Positions 10,089 through 20,050 of a stretch of DNA of 64,000 bases are shown in pieces. Source of the DNA: Alphaproteobacteria bacterium (GTDB lineage Bacteria; Pseudomonadota; Alphaproteobacteria; SHVV01). The notes beneath the pieces were generated by a model. It ran no database searches, was not told where the DNA came from, and saw only the letters and a program-made list of their open reading frames with translations. Position numbers and translations under genes: made by a program. Location: the NCBI GenBank assembly GCA_965261735.1, contig OZ253470.1, positions 1,440,001-1,504,000 of the forward strand, read 5' to 3'. The stretch's first letter is position 1. Each line of letters starts with the position of its first letter.

Positions 10089-12812
10089 ATGGAGGCGGAA
10101 GCGCGCGCTCGCGTACGCTTGCGTGCGCCGGCACTCGTGGTCGGCGCGAGCGAGGCGACCTGGCTCGACCGCGACGGCGTGATCGAGGACGTCTCGCTCG
10201 CCGAGGCGGCGCGGCGGGCGCAAAACGAAGCGCCGCTCGTGTGCTACGCGCCGCTACCAACACGCCGCCTCGGCATCGGGCGGTTCCCGGCGTATGACGT
10301 CCTCGAGCTGTTCGCATTCGCCCGCCCGGCGCGATTCTGCGTGCCGACACCGGCGGGCCTTGCCGCCGCGCTCGGTCTCGCGCCGCCCGCCGACCGTGGC
10401 GCCGAGGCGGCGACCCTGATCGCGGCGGTACGGGCCCTGCTCGCGGGCCTCGCCGAAAACGGCGCCGGCGCAGGTCCCATCGCGGCCGCCATGGGCCGCG
10501 GCGGTTGGCCGTGGAGCGAGGCGGTGCTGGCAGCTCTCGGCGAGACGGAGGCCCGCGCCGGCGGCCTCGATGCTTGGAATCGCCTCCCCGGCTGGTCCGA
10601 GGCGGCGCCGCGGGGAGCCCCTGGCGACGATCCGGTGAGCCCGGCGGAGGCGCGCGACCGCCTCGCCGAGCTGCTCGGCGACGGCGCCGAGCTACGACTG
10701 CCGCAGGGCGACTACGCCGAGGCCGCGGCCGCCGCTTTTGCGCCGCGTGCCGGCGCCGGCGCGCCCAACCTCGTGCTCGCCGAGGGCGGCACCGGGGTCG
10801 GCAAGACGCTGGGCTACGTCGCCCCAGCCAGCGTCTGGGCGGCGAAGAACGGCGGCGCCGTGTGGCTGTCGACCTTCACCCGCAACCTCCAGCGCCAGAT
10901 CGACCAGGAGCTCGACAGGCTCTACCCCGATCCGCGCCTCAAATCGAAAAAGGTGGTCGTGCGCAAGGGGCGCGATAACTATCTGTGCCTGCTCAACCTC
11001 GAGGAGGCGGTGACGCGCGGGGCGGCAGGCGAGGGGTTGGTGGCCCTCGGCTTGATCGCGCGTTGGGCCGCCGCGACCCGCGACGGAGATCTCCTGGGCG
11101 GCGACTTCCCGACCTGGCTCGCCGGGCTATTCGGCTACGGCCGCACCCTCGGGCTCGCGCACCGGCGCGGCGAGTGCCTCTATTCGGCGTGCCCGCACTA
11201 CGGCAAGTGCTACATCGAGCGCGCCATCCGCAAGGCACGCGGGGCCGACATCGTCATCGCCAACCACGCCCTCGTAATGGCCCAGGCCGGCACCGCCGAG
11301 GCTGGCGCCGGCCTGCCGACCCGCTATGTGTTCGACGAGGGCCACCATCTCTTCGATGCCGCCGACGGCGCCTATGGCGCGCACCTCTCGGGCACCGAAG
11401 CGGCCGAGCTGCGGCGCTGGCTGCGCGGCGGCGAGGGCCGGCGCCGGGGCCGCGTGCGCGGGCTCGAACGGCGCATCGGCGACCTCGTCGCCCACGACGA
11501 GGCGGCACAGAAGGCGCTCGATGACGCGCTGCGGCGCGCCGCCGCCCTGCCCGGCGAGGGCTGGCTCGGGCGCGTCGCCGAGGGGACGCCGCGCGGCGTG
11601 GCCGAGACGTTCCTGCGCCGCGTGTGGGAGCAGGTCGAGGCGCGGGCGGCGGCGCCGAACTCCGAGTATGGGCTCGAGGCGACGGTGGAGCCCCGCAACC
11701 CCGAGCTCGGCGAGGCCGCCCACGCCTTGGCCAGCGCGCTCGCCGACCTGGCGACGCCGCTACGCACCCTCACCACGTTCCTGTCGACCCGCCTCGATGA
11801 GGAGGCGAGCGACCTCGACACGGCGACCCGGATCCGCATCGAGGCCGCCTGCCGCAGCCTCGCCCATCGCCTGAACGATCGAATCGGCGCCTGGCGCGAC
11901 ATGTTGGCGGGCCTGGCAGCACCGGAGCCCGAACCCGGCGCCGACCACCCGTTCATCGACTGGCTGGCGATCCACCGCATCGAGGGCCGCAATACCGGCG
12001 TCGGCATGCACCGCCACTGGATCGACCCGACGATCCCCTTTGCCGCCACGGTGCTGAGCCCGGCGCACGGCGTCGTGATCACGTCGGCGACGCTACGCGA
12101 CCGGGCCGCGGGCGAGGACGACTGGACGGCCGCCGAGGTACGCACCGGAGCGCTTCACTTGGCGTTGCCGGCCAAGCGCGCGAGCGTGCCCTCGCCGTTC
12201 GATTACACGCAGAACACGCGCTTGTTCGTGATCACCGACGTCCGGCGCGACGATCCGGCGCAGGTCGCGGCCGCGTACCGCGAGCTGTTTGGCGCCGCCG
12301 GTGGCGGCGCGCTCGGCCTGTTTACCGCGATTGCACGCCTGCGCGAGGTCCACCGGCGCATCGCTGAGCCGCTAGAGGCCGCCGGCATTCCGCTGCTCGG
12401 CCAGCACGTCGACCCCATCGATACCTCGACGCTCGTCGACATCTTCCGGGCCGAGCCGACGACCTGCCTGCTCGGCACCGACGCGTTGCGCGACGGCATC
12501 GACGTGCCTGGGCCGTCGCTGCGGCTGATCGTGTTCGATCGCGTGCCCTGGCCGCGCCCCAACATCCTCCATCGCGCCCGCCGCGCCGCCTTCGGCCGCG
12601 ACTATGACGACGTGCTGGCGCGCCTCAAGCTCAAGCAGGCATTCGGCCGCCTGCTGCGGCGCGCCGAGGACCGCGGCGTCTTCGTGCTGCTCGATCGGCG
12701 CCTACCCTCGCGCCTGGCGACCGCGTTCCCCGAGGGAGTCGCGGTGGCGCGCGTCGGCCTCGCCGAGGCCGTCGCCGAGATGCGCCGCTTCCTGGACGCA
12801 GGCGGAGCTTGA
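10089..12812 (+). CDS. dinG: DinG-family ATP-dependent DNA helicase
   Basis: GTGVGKT Walker A, KGR.NYLC, Fe-S cysteines, DEGH, TSATL, QAFGRLLR. Confidence 0.9.
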   Translation: MEAEARARVRLRAPALVVGASEATWLDRDGVIEDVSLAEAARRAQNEAPLVCYAPLPTRRLGIGRFPAYDVLELFAFARPARFCVPTPAGLAAALGLAPPADRGAEAATLIAAVRALLAGLAENGAGAGPIAAAMGRGGWPWSEAVLAALGETEARAGGLDAWNRLPGWSEAAPRGAPGDDPVSPAEARDRLAELLGDGAELRLPQGDYAEAAAAAFAPRAGAGAPNLVLAEGGTGVGKTLGYVAPASVWAAKNGGAVWLSTFTRNLQRQIDQELDRLYPDPRLKSKKVVVRKGRDNYLCLLNLEEAVTRGAAGEGLVALGLIARWAAATRDGDLLGGDFPTWLAGLFGYGRTLGLAHRRGECLYSACPHYGKCYIERAIRKARGADIVIANHALVMAQAGTAEAGAGLPTRYVFDEGHHLFDAADGAYGAHLSGTEAAELRRWLRGGEGRRRGRVRGLERRIGDLVAHDEAAQKALDDALRRAAALPGEGWLGRVAEGTPRGVAETFLRRVWEQVEARAAAPNSEYGLEATVEPRNPELGEAAHALASALADLATPLRTLTTFLSTRLDEEASDLDTATRIRIEAACRSLAHRLNDRIGAWRDMLAGLAAPEPEPGADHPFIDWLAIHRIEGRNTGVGMHRHWIDPTIPFAATVLSPAHGVVITSATLRDRAAGEDDWTAAEVRTGALHLALPAKRASVPSPFDYTQNTRLFVITDVRRDDPAQVAAAYRELFGAAGGGALGLFTAIARLREVHRRIAEPLEAAGIPLLGQHVDPIDTSTLVDIFRAEPTTCLLGTDALRDGIDVPGPSLRLIVFDRVPWPRPNILHRARRAAFGRDYDDVLARLKLKQAFGRLLRRAEDRGVFVLLDRRLPSRLATAFPEGVAVARVGLAEAVAEMRRFLDAGGA

Positions 12813-12859
12813 CGATAAGCTCTGCGGCGGTCGGTTGCGCCGGCCCGGTTGGCGAGGCG

Positions 12860-13270
12860 ATGGACAAAGGCATGCAGCACACGGCGCTCATCTACACGAT
12901 GGTTCTGGTGTCGGCCTCGGACAGCAACATGACCGATCTCGAGCTCCACACCATCGGCGGCATCGCGCAGACGCTGCCCGCGTTCAAGGGTTTCGATACC
13001 GAGGAGCTGCCGCAGATCTCGTCCAATTGCGCGGACATGCTGGCCGGGGAAGGCGGGTTGGACAAGGTGCTCGATCTCATCGCCGAGTCCCTGTCAGGAC
13101 GGCTGCGCGAAACCGCCTACGCGCTGGCGTGCGAGATCGCAGCGGTCGACCAGCATCTGTCGCAGGAGGAGATTCGCCTGCTCGAGCTGCTGCGCCACCG
13201 CCTGCAGATTGGCCGCCTGGTCGCGGCCGCGATCGAGCGCGGCGTGCGCGCCCGTTACTCCGTCGGATGA
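12860..13270 (+). CDS. TerB-family (tellurite resistance-like) protein
   Basis: MVLVSASD...ETAYALACEIAAVD..LSQEE two-repeat TerB pattern. Confidence 0.8.
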   Translation: MDKGMQHTALIYTMVLVSASDSNMTDLELHTIGGIAQTLPAFKGFDTEELPQISSNCADMLAGEGGLDKVLDLIAESLSGRLRETAYALACEIAAVDQHLSQEEIRLLELLRHRLQIGRLVAAAIERGVRARYSVG

Positions 13271-13314
13271 GCGTGCCTGCGTAAGCGCCCAAACGTGCGC
13301 CGGTGGGAGGAGAC

Positions 13315-14460
13315 ATGACGGCGAACAACGACAATCCGGAGCCGGGCGTGGTCCAGGCCTTGAGCGCCGATCCCGAGCAGTCGGCGACACTACCGGCGCA
13401 CTACTACTACGACCCCGACATCTTCGACCGCGAGAAGCACGAGATCTTTTTCAAAAGCTGGCAGTTCGCCGGCTATATGGAGGACCTCGCCGAGCCCGGC
13501 AGCTACATCACCTGCCAGATCTTCGACCAAAACCTCGTCGTGGTGCGCGGCCGCGACGGGCGCTTGCGCGCCTTCCACAACGTGTGCCAGCACCGCGGCC
13601 ACGAGGTCATGACCGGCAAGGGGCGCGCCCGGATGCTGATGTGCCCCTACCACGCCTGGACCTACGACCTCGAGGGCAAGCTCAAGACCGTCGGCAACGC
13701 CGAGAACGTGGCCGGGTTCGAGCTCGGCGACTACTGCCTGACCGAGATCGCCGTCGAGGCCTTCGGCATCTTCGCCTTCGTTCATCTCGACCGCGATGCC
13801 GAGCCGCTCGCGAGCATCGCCGGCGACCTCCTCGAGGAGTTCCGCACCGTCGTTCCCGGGTTCGACGACCTCAAGCACTTCCGGCGCCTGCCCTTCGAGG
13901 TGCGCGCGAACTGGAAGATCACAGTCGACAACTACGTCGAGTGCTACCACTGCCCCGTGGTGCACCGCGGCATGGCCTCGAGCGATTCATCGACGCAGCC
14001 GAGCTTCGAGATCGAGGATCGCCCGGCCTGGTCGCGCCACATCATCCGCTCCGACAGCGACATCCGCTTCGGCTACGAAATCGGCAAGGACGATCCGATC
14101 CGCGACGTCTATTTGTGGGCGCTGTGGCCCAACACCATGTACATGGTGCGCCCAGGCGCCAGCAACATGGGGGTCTTTCAGATCATCCCGACGGGGCCGG
14201 AGGCCTGCGTCGAGATCCTCGACGATCTCGCGCCAACGATCCCGCCGCGCGAGACCGAACTGCGTATGTTCGACAACTTCCGCAACATCACCAACCCGCA
14301 GGACATCGGTGTCTGCGAGGGCGTGCAGCGGGGCATGAAGTCGCGCGCGTTCACGCGCGGGCGCCTGATGGTCGATCGCGACCGCTCGTGGCGCAGCGAG
14401 CACTCGGTGCACCATTTCGAGAGGGCGGTGTGGACCGCCCTCAACGGCCCCGCGGCCTAA
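13315..14460 (+). CDS. Rieske non-heme iron oxygenase alpha subunit (choline/carnitine monooxygenase-like)
   Basis: CQHRG...CPYH Rieske motif; NWK..DNYVECYHCPVVH and QD mononuclear Fe ligands. Confidence 0.9.
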   Translation: MTANNDNPEPGVVQALSADPEQSATLPAHYYYDPDIFDREKHEIFFKSWQFAGYMEDLAEPGSYITCQIFDQNLVVVRGRDGRLRAFHNVCQHRGHEVMTGKGRARMLMCPYHAWTYDLEGKLKTVGNAENVAGFELGDYCLTEIAVEAFGIFAFVHLDRDAEPLASIAGDLLEEFRTVVPGFDDLKHFRRLPFEVRANWKITVDNYVECYHCPVVHRGMASSDSSTQPSFEIEDRPAWSRHIIRSDSDIRFGYEIGKDDPIRDVYLWALWPNTMYMVRPGASNMGVFQIIPTGPEACVEILDDLAPTIPPRETELRMFDNFRNITNPQDIGVCEGVQRGMKSRAFTRGRLMVDRDRSWRSEHSVHHFERAVWTALNGPAA

Positions 14461-14491
14461 GACTTGGTTGCGAGAATTGGGTGGCCCGCTG

Positions 14492-14575
14492 GTCGCCCCT
14501 CCCCCTCTCACGATTCGACCTCCCGCGCTCTTTCAGTTCGCCCCCTCCCGCTCTTTTCGGTTCGCCCCCTCCCCC
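14492..14575. repeat. Degenerate ~23-bp tandem repeat, about 3.5 units
   Basis: gtcgcccctccccctctcacga / ttcgacctcccgcgctctttcag / ttcgccccctcccgctcttttcgg / ttcgccccctcccc. Confidence 0.6.
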
Positions 14576-14673
14576 TACCCCCCTCCCACCAGGGGAGGGG
14601 GAATGTTTGGCTTGATATCAGTTACTTAGCCCTCCTCCTCGATGGGGGAGGGTTAGGAGGGGGTGACGCGCGG
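14565..14673. repeat. REP/BIME-like palindromic element, copy 1
   Basis: Two oppositely oriented CCCTCCC...GGGAGGG hairpins around an AT-rich spacer; colinear with 22283..22376. Confidence 0.75.
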
Positions 14674-14707
14674 CCCTGGGGGGCGCGCGGCCAGTGCGGG
14701 CGTGGCG

Positions 14708-15337
14708 TCAGTCCTTGAGGCTGATGACGAAGTCGGCGAGCGTGGACGCGGCTTCCGCCCAGGTGTCGGCTTCGCTGCGGCCTGAGCTCTTGAGCGGCTT
14801 GAAGCTGTGGTCGCCGCCCTCGATCCAGTGGAGGCGTACGCTCGCGGCGAGGTCGTAGCCGGCGACCTGGGCCGCCGAGCCCAACGAATCGCGCGTGCCC
14901 TGGATGATCAGGGTCGGCGTTCGGCTCTGCGCGAAATGGGCGATGCGCAGGACGTCGGGCTTGCCCGCCGGGTGGAAGGGATAGCCCAGGCACACGAGCC
15001 CCCTGGCCCCGACCTCATCGGCGATCAGGCTGGCGATGCGCCCGCCCATCGACTTGCCGCCGATGACCAGCCCGGCGCCGCCGCCGAGCCCGCGCACGAC
15101 GGCCCGCCAGGCCTCCTTCAACGCCTCGGGCCGGTCGGGCGCACGCTTGGTGCCCTGCGTCCGCCGCGCCTCCATGTAGGGGAACTCGAAGCGGGCGACG
15201 CGCAAGCCCCGCTCGGCGAGGCCGGCGGCGATCGCGTCCATGAACGGACTATCCATCGGCTGCCCGGCGCCGTGCGCGAGCACGATGTCGCACGGCTGAT
15301 CGAAGGTGCCGTCGAACTTGAGCGCGGGTACCGCCAT
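14708..15337 (-). CDS. Alpha/beta-fold hydrolase (KANL3/Tex30-like)
   Basis: LAHGAG, GGKSMGG nucleophile elbow, LGYPFHP, QGTRD, GDHSF. Confidence 0.85.
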   Translation of the reverse strand: MAVPALKFDGTFDQPCDIVLAHGAGQPMDSPFMDAIAAGLAERGLRVARFEFPYMEARRTQGTKRAPDRPEALKEAWRAVVRGLGGGAGLVIGGKSMGGRIASLIADEVGARGLVCLGYPFHPAGKPDVLRIAHFAQSRTPTLIIQGTRDSLGSAAQVAGYDLAASVRLHWIEGGDHSFKPLKSSGRSEADTWAEAASTLADFVISLKD

Positions 15338-15544
15338 GCTCCCCCCCGAATGGGACCGGCCGCGAAGGCGCGTTTATAACGCGGGGCGCGGGGCAAGAGA
15401 AGCGCGCGGGCGGCGTGTTGTGCGCCACGTAAGAGACGGTGCATGCCTTCGGCTTGGCGCGCGCGGCCGCCAAGCGCCATATATGGGGACGACGCGCCGC
15501 GTGCCGGTTGGAAGGGCGGCGTGCCCGGGAGCGAAGGCCACCCG

Positions 15545-16033
15545 ATGACTGATCACGGCCATCCCCAGGACGAAAACCTTCGCATGGTCCTGTCGTCGCA
15601 GGGCCACGAGGAATGGCTGCGCGACCAGATCGGCGAAACCAGGCGGCTCATCCTGCGCCTTGCCGCCGGCCTCGTCCTCGGCATCGTGCTGTTGGTCGCG
15701 GTCTCGGCCTACGTATTCGTCTGGCGGGCCGCGGCGCCGGCGTGCGCCACCCTGTCCGAGGGCGTCTCGCTGGAACAGCTCATTGCCGAGGGCACCCTTC
15801 CCGTAGGCACCGAGCCATGCGCCGACGCAAATAGCGAGGCGGTGCCCGCCGGCGCGGGCGAGAGCTGGCAGTCGATTGCCGTCTAGGTCGGCACCGGCGC
15901 CGTCGCGGTCATCGCGCTCCTGCTCACACTAGGCTGCGGCGTCGAGCTGCTGCGCAGCTTCCTCAAGCTCCGGGAATACCGGGTCTTCGCGACGGATCAC
16001 CAGGAGTTCCTGAAGAAATACAACCGGTCGTGA
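15545..16033 (+). pseudogene. Two-TM hypothetical membrane protein with in-frame TAG at 15884-15886
   Basis: After the TAG the frame stays open with host-like codons and a second TM helix (VGTGAVAVIALLLTLG...KKYNRS*). Confidence 0.65.
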
Positions 16034-16059
16034 CCACGTTTCGCCGCGGCGGAGGCGGC

Positions 16060-16133
16060 TGGAGCGGGTGAGGGGAATCGAACCCCCGTCGTAAGCTTGG
16101 GAAGCTTCTGCTCTGCCATTGAGCTACACCCGC
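16060..16133 (-). tRNA. tRNA-Gly (CCC)
   Basis: GCGGGTG acceptor stem, D loop AATGG, anticodon arm GCTTCCCAAGC, GGTTCGATTCC T arm, encoded CCA. Confidence 0.97.
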
Positions 16134-16225
16134 GCGCTTCGCGGCACGTTGGGCCCGAGCCCGTCGCTTAGCATATTTCGCGCTGGCGGAAAACGCGCGC
16201 AGGCCGCTGACGGTTCGGCCGGCGG

Positions 16226-17005
16226 TCAGGTTCGCGCGGCGGGCGCGGTGCGCAGGCGGCGCCACGCCTCGGTGGTGGTCGCGCCGAGGCCGAGCACCAG
16301 GGCCGCGAGCAGGACGAGCGGGCCGATCCACGGCAGCGCGCTGAGCAGCGCCACGGCGACGACGCCGATCGCCGTCCACAGCGTGCGCTCCAAACCCTCG
16401 TGTCGCTCGGACGCCCAAATGATGCGGCGGCGCATGCGGGCTCCCATCCAGCGGCCCGCCGCGACCAGGGCGAGCGCTGCGCCGACCACGAACAGCGCCG
16501 CCCCTACGAGCGCGAGCGGGATGCCGATCACGCTCACGAACAGCAGGCCCACGGCCACCGGCGTCGCCACGAGCACGGCGGCGCCGAGGCCCGCGCACCG
16601 CCACGGCTCGTAGTCGATAGCGTTCGCCGCGGCGGCGATGAGACCGGGGTGCGCGAGCTGAAACGCGAAGCCGACCAGCGCGAGCCCGAGGACGATGGCG
16701 ACCAGGCCGGCGAAGCCCACGACCGGAACCCACGTGACCTCCTTGGGTGCGCGCCACACGCCGAGGCGGGGCCAGGCGAGGGATGCGCCCTCGGCGCCCG
16801 AGACGAGCGCGACGACGCGGCCGACGATCTCGCGGGGGAGCGCGCCGACGCCTTCCACGGCGGTGGCCCCGTTGTTCGCGTCGGCCTCGTCGGCCGTCGC
16901 ATGCCCGGCAGGCATCGACGGGGCGAGCAGCACGAGACCGGCGCGCGCGATCGCTCCCATCCGCCGCCCGAGACCTCCGCAAAGGGCGCGCCTCGCCCCC
17001 ATCAT
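16226..17005 (-). CDS. Hypothetical multi-pass membrane protein
   Basis: Several TM helices with ..SVIGIPLAL.. and ..LPWIG..LGLGA; start uncertain. Confidence 0.7.
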   Translation of the reverse strand: MMGARRALCGGLGRRMGAIARAGLVLLAPSMPAGHATADEADANNGATAVEGVGALPREIVGRVVALVSGAEGASLAWPRLGVWRAPKEVTWVPVVGFAGLVAIVLGLALVGFAFQLAHPGLIAAAANAIDYEPWRCAGLGAAVLVATPVAVGLLFVSVIGIPLALVGAALFVVGAALALVAAGRWMGARMRRRIIWASERHEGLERTLWTAIGVVAVALLSALPWIGPLVLLAALVLGLGATTTEAWRRLRTAPAART

Positions 17006-17134
17006 CGTCACGCGCACCCCGTCCCTCAAGACATCGTGAACCAAGTTAACCCTTACCCACACGCAGCCATGCCATTATGGTGCGCTCCGGAAAGCCGGCG
17101 CACGACGCCACCGCCGCGCTTGGAGCCTAAGCCG

Positions 17135-18094
17135 ATGACCACCGCGCCCGTCGAGGCGATACCGCTCGATCCGGCAAAGTTCCGCGATCCCGAGATCACC
17201 GCCGCCGGCGAGCGCCGCGTCCACGTCGCGCTCGAGGCCCTCGACACACTGTGGTTCAACACCGGCACGCTGTGCAACCTCACCTGCACCAACTGCTACA
17301 TCGAATCGAGCCCGACCAACGACAGCCTCGCCTACATCACCCTGGCCGAGGTCGGCACCCACCTCGATGAGATTGCGGCCCACGGCTGGCCAACCCGCGA
17401 GATCGGCCTCACCGGCGGCGAGCCGTTCATGAACCCCGACATCATCGCCATCCTGGAACGCAGCCTCACGCAGGGCTTCGAGGTGCTGGTGCTGACCAAC
17501 GCCATGCGGCCGATGATGAAACTCAAGGAGGCTCTGCTCGATCTCAAGGGGCGCTTCGGCCGCCGCCTCACGCTGCGCGTCTCGCTCGACCACTACACCC
17601 AAGCCCTGCACGAGACCGAGCGCGGGCCGCGCAGCTGGGGCCCGACTCTCGACGGACTGGAATGGCTGATCGCGAACGGCTTCCAAATCACGATCGCGGG
17701 CCGCACCTGCTGGCGCGAGGCCGAGGCGAGCCTGCGCGCCGGCTACGCCCGACTGTTCGCGGAGCGCGGCATTGCGCTCGACGCCCAGGATCCCGGAAAC
17801 CTCGTTCTCTTCCCCGAGATGGACGAGCGTGTCGACGTCGCCGAGATCACCGAATCGTGCTGGGACATTCTCGGTGTTGACCCGCGCGCCATGATGTGCG
17901 CGACCTCGCGCATGGTGGTGAAACGCAAAGCGGCGGCGGCGCCCGTCGTCCTGCCGTGCACCCTGCTGCCCTACGACGCGCAGTTCGAGCTCGGCGCGAC
18001 CTTGGCCGAAGCGAGCACACGGGTGAACCTCAATCACCCCCACTGCGCGCGGTTCTGCGTCCTCGGCGGCGGCTCCTGCAGCGCCCCCGCCTGA
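17135..18094 (+). CDS. Radical SAM protein of unknown function
   Basis: CNLTCTNC, TGGEP, C-terminal MMC..CTL..HPHC..FC..SC cysteines. Confidence 0.9.
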   Translation: MTTAPVEAIPLDPAKFRDPEITAAGERRVHVALEALDTLWFNTGTLCNLTCTNCYIESSPTNDSLAYITLAEVGTHLDEIAAHGWPTREIGLTGGEPFMNPDIIAILERSLTQGFEVLVLTNAMRPMMKLKEALLDLKGRFGRRLTLRVSLDHYTQALHETERGPRSWGPTLDGLEWLIANGFQITIAGRTCWREAEASLRAGYARLFAERGIALDAQDPGNLVLFPEMDERVDVAEITESCWDILGVDPRAMMCATSRMVVKRKAAAAPVVLPCTLLPYDAQFELGATLAEASTRVNLNHPHCARFCVLGGGSCSAPA

Positions 18095-18154
18095 TCCCAA
18101 GTCCACGTCCGATTGGCACTTGACCACGACGAGCACGCGCGCGCATAGTCGCGC

Positions 18155-18211
18155 ATTCGTGGTGATTTGAGCCGACCGGCTTGCGACCACGCTAAACAAA
18201 CGCTAAAAGGT
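18155..18211 (+). ncRNA. SAM-II (SAM_alpha) riboswitch
   Basis: CGTGGTGATTTG...GCTTGCGACCACGCTAAACAAACGCTAAAAGG fits the SAM-II pseudoknot pattern and lies directly upstream of metZ. Confidence 0.88.
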
Positions 18212-18219
18212 CGGAGGGC

Positions 18220-18250
18220 AAAAACCCCGGCCGCGCGGCCGGGGTTTTTG
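18220..18250 (+). terminator. Intrinsic terminator / riboswitch expression platform
   Basis: AAAAACCCCGGCC-GCGC-GGCCGGGGTTTTT hairpin with U tract, 8 nt before the metZ ATG. Confidence 0.75.
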
Positions 18251-18258
18251 ATTGAAGG

Positions 18259-19476
18259 ATGAACCAGATGGCACGGGGAACCAAGGACTCGATCGAGGAG
18301 GCGCGGGCCTGGGGGCGTAGCACGCGGCTCGTGCGCGGCGGCACCAAGCGCTCGGCCTTCGGCGAGACCAGCGAGGCGATGTATCTCACCTCGGGCTACG
18401 CCTACGCCGACGCCGAGCTCGCGGAGGCGCGCTTCAAGGGAACGGCCGAGGGCTTCATCTATTCGCGCTTCGGCAATCCCACCGTCGCCATGTTCGAGGA
18501 CCGCATGGTGCTGCTCGAGGGTGCCGAGGCGGGGCGCGCCACGGCGACCGGCATGGCCGCCGTCAATGCGTCGCTGATGTGCCAGCTCAAGGCCGGCGAT
18601 CACGTGGTCGCCTCGCGCGCGCTGTTCGGCTCGTGCCGCTACATCATCGACGAGATCCTGCCGCGCTTCGGCGTCCCTACAACGCTCGTCGACGGCACCG
18701 ACCTCGCCCAGTGGCAGGCCGCGGTCCGACCGGGCACGGTCTGCGCCTTTCTCGAGACGCCCTCCAATCCGGGGCTCGAGATCATCGACGTGCGCGCGGT
18801 CGCCGACATCGTGCATGGCGTGGGCGCCCGGCTCATCGTCGACAACGTCTTCGCCACGCCCCTGCAGCAGCAGCCGCTGGCGCTCGGCGCCGACATCGTC
18901 ATCTACTCGGCGACCAAGCACCTCGATGGCCAGGGCCGCACCCTCGGCGGCATCGTCCTCGCCGACCAGGCGTTCTGCGAGGAGCTGCTGACGCCCTTCA
19001 TCCGCCATACCGGACCGAGCCTCAGCCCGTTTAACGCCTGGGTGCTGCTCAAGGGCCTGGAGACGCTCGAGCTCCGGCTCGACCGACACACCGCGAACGC
19101 GGCCGAGATTGCCGCCTTCCTCGATGACCAACCGGGCATCGAGAGTGTTCTCTATCCGGGCCTCGCCAGCCACCCGCAATACGAGCTCGCACGGGCGCAG
19201 ATGTCGGGCACCGGGTCCGTCGTCGCCTTCGACCTCCCGGGCGGCAAAGCGCGCGCATTTCGCTTCCTCAACGCGCTCCAACTCGTCGACATCTCGAACA
19301 ATCTGGGCGATGCGAAGAGCCTGGCGACACACCCGGCGACGACGACCCACCAGCGCCTGACGCCGGAGGAGCGTGCCCATGTCGGCATCACAGACAACAT
19401 GGTGCGCCTGTCGGTCGGCCTCGAGGACGTGGACGACCTCAAGGCCGATATTGCGCAAGCCCTGGCGGCCGAATAG
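18259..19476 (+). CDS. metZ: O-succinylhomoserine sulfhydrylase
   Basis: YSRFGNPT, ETPSNP, YSATKH PLP lysine, SNNLGDAKS, RLSVGLE. Confidence 0.95.
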   Translation: MNQMARGTKDSIEEARAWGRSTRLVRGGTKRSAFGETSEAMYLTSGYAYADAELAEARFKGTAEGFIYSRFGNPTVAMFEDRMVLLEGAEAGRATATGMAAVNASLMCQLKAGDHVVASRALFGSCRYIIDEILPRFGVPTTLVDGTDLAQWQAAVRPGTVCAFLETPSNPGLEIIDVRAVADIVHGVGARLIVDNVFATPLQQQPLALGADIVIYSATKHLDGQGRTLGGIVLADQAFCEELLTPFIRHTGPSLSPFNAWVLLKGLETLELRLDRHTANAAEIAAFLDDQPGIESVLYPGLASHPQYELARAQMSGTGSVVAFDLPGGKARAFRFLNALQLVDISNNLGDAKSLATHPATTTHQRLTPEERAHVGITDNMVRLSVGLEDVDDLKADIAQALAAE

Positions 19477-19577
19477 GGGTGCTGGCGGCGGCGCCCGCGG
19501 CCCTGGACAAACGCCCGCGCGGGCACGATATTGGGCGAAAGTGCAGGGTGCCCAGCTGGCCCGGCGCAGGATGCGGG

Positions 19578-19970
19578 ATGTATCAGGAAACGACCAATTC
19601 CGTCCAAGTGACGGTCAAGACGTATTACCTGGACGATCAGTCCTCGCCCGGCGAGGATCACTATGTCTGGGCCTACTGGATCCGGATCGAGAATCAGGGC
19701 GCCGACACCCTGCAGCTGCGCCACCGCTATTGGCGCATCACCGATTCGCAGGGCCACGTGCAGGAAGTCAGAGGCGCCGGGGTCGTCGGCGAGCAGCCCG
19801 TCCTCAAGCCGGGCGAGGCGTTTGAATACACGAGCGGCACGCCCCTGTCGACGCCGTCCGGAATCATGGTCGGCTCCTATCAGATGCAGCGCCCGAACGG
19901 CGAGAAGTTCGAGGTCGCCGTCCCCGCCTTCTCGCTCGACAGCCCGCACGAGGCGGCACGCCACAACTGA
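19578..19970 (+). CDS. apaG: ApaG protein
   Basis: [33 protein letters not shown]. Confidence 0.95.
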   Translation: MYQETTNSVQVTVKTYYLDDQSSPGEDHYVWAYWIRIENQGADTLQLRHRYWRITDSQGHVQEVRGAGVVGEQPVLKPGEAFEYTSGTPLSTPSGIMVGSYQMQRPNGEKFEVAVPAFSLDSPHEAARHN

Positions 19971-20050
19971 GTCCGCGGGGGGCGAGCCTTTCGCACGGCT
20001 TGGGGCGCACCGCGTCGCCGCGCGTCAGATCTAAGTTGAAGGAGGGTCAC

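Noticed and set aside
10089-13270. DinG plus TerB as a defence system or type IV CRISPR component
   Set aside because: Looks like the ordinary chromosomal DinG beside lysS, with host-like composition and no cas genes or array
14492-14673. Possible CRISPR mini-array
   Set aside because: Units are degenerate and adjacent with no unique spacers; no cas genes in the window
16060-16133. tRNA-Gly as an integration site for a genomic island
   Set aside because: No integrase, no duplicated tRNA 3' end seen, and no composition shift next to it
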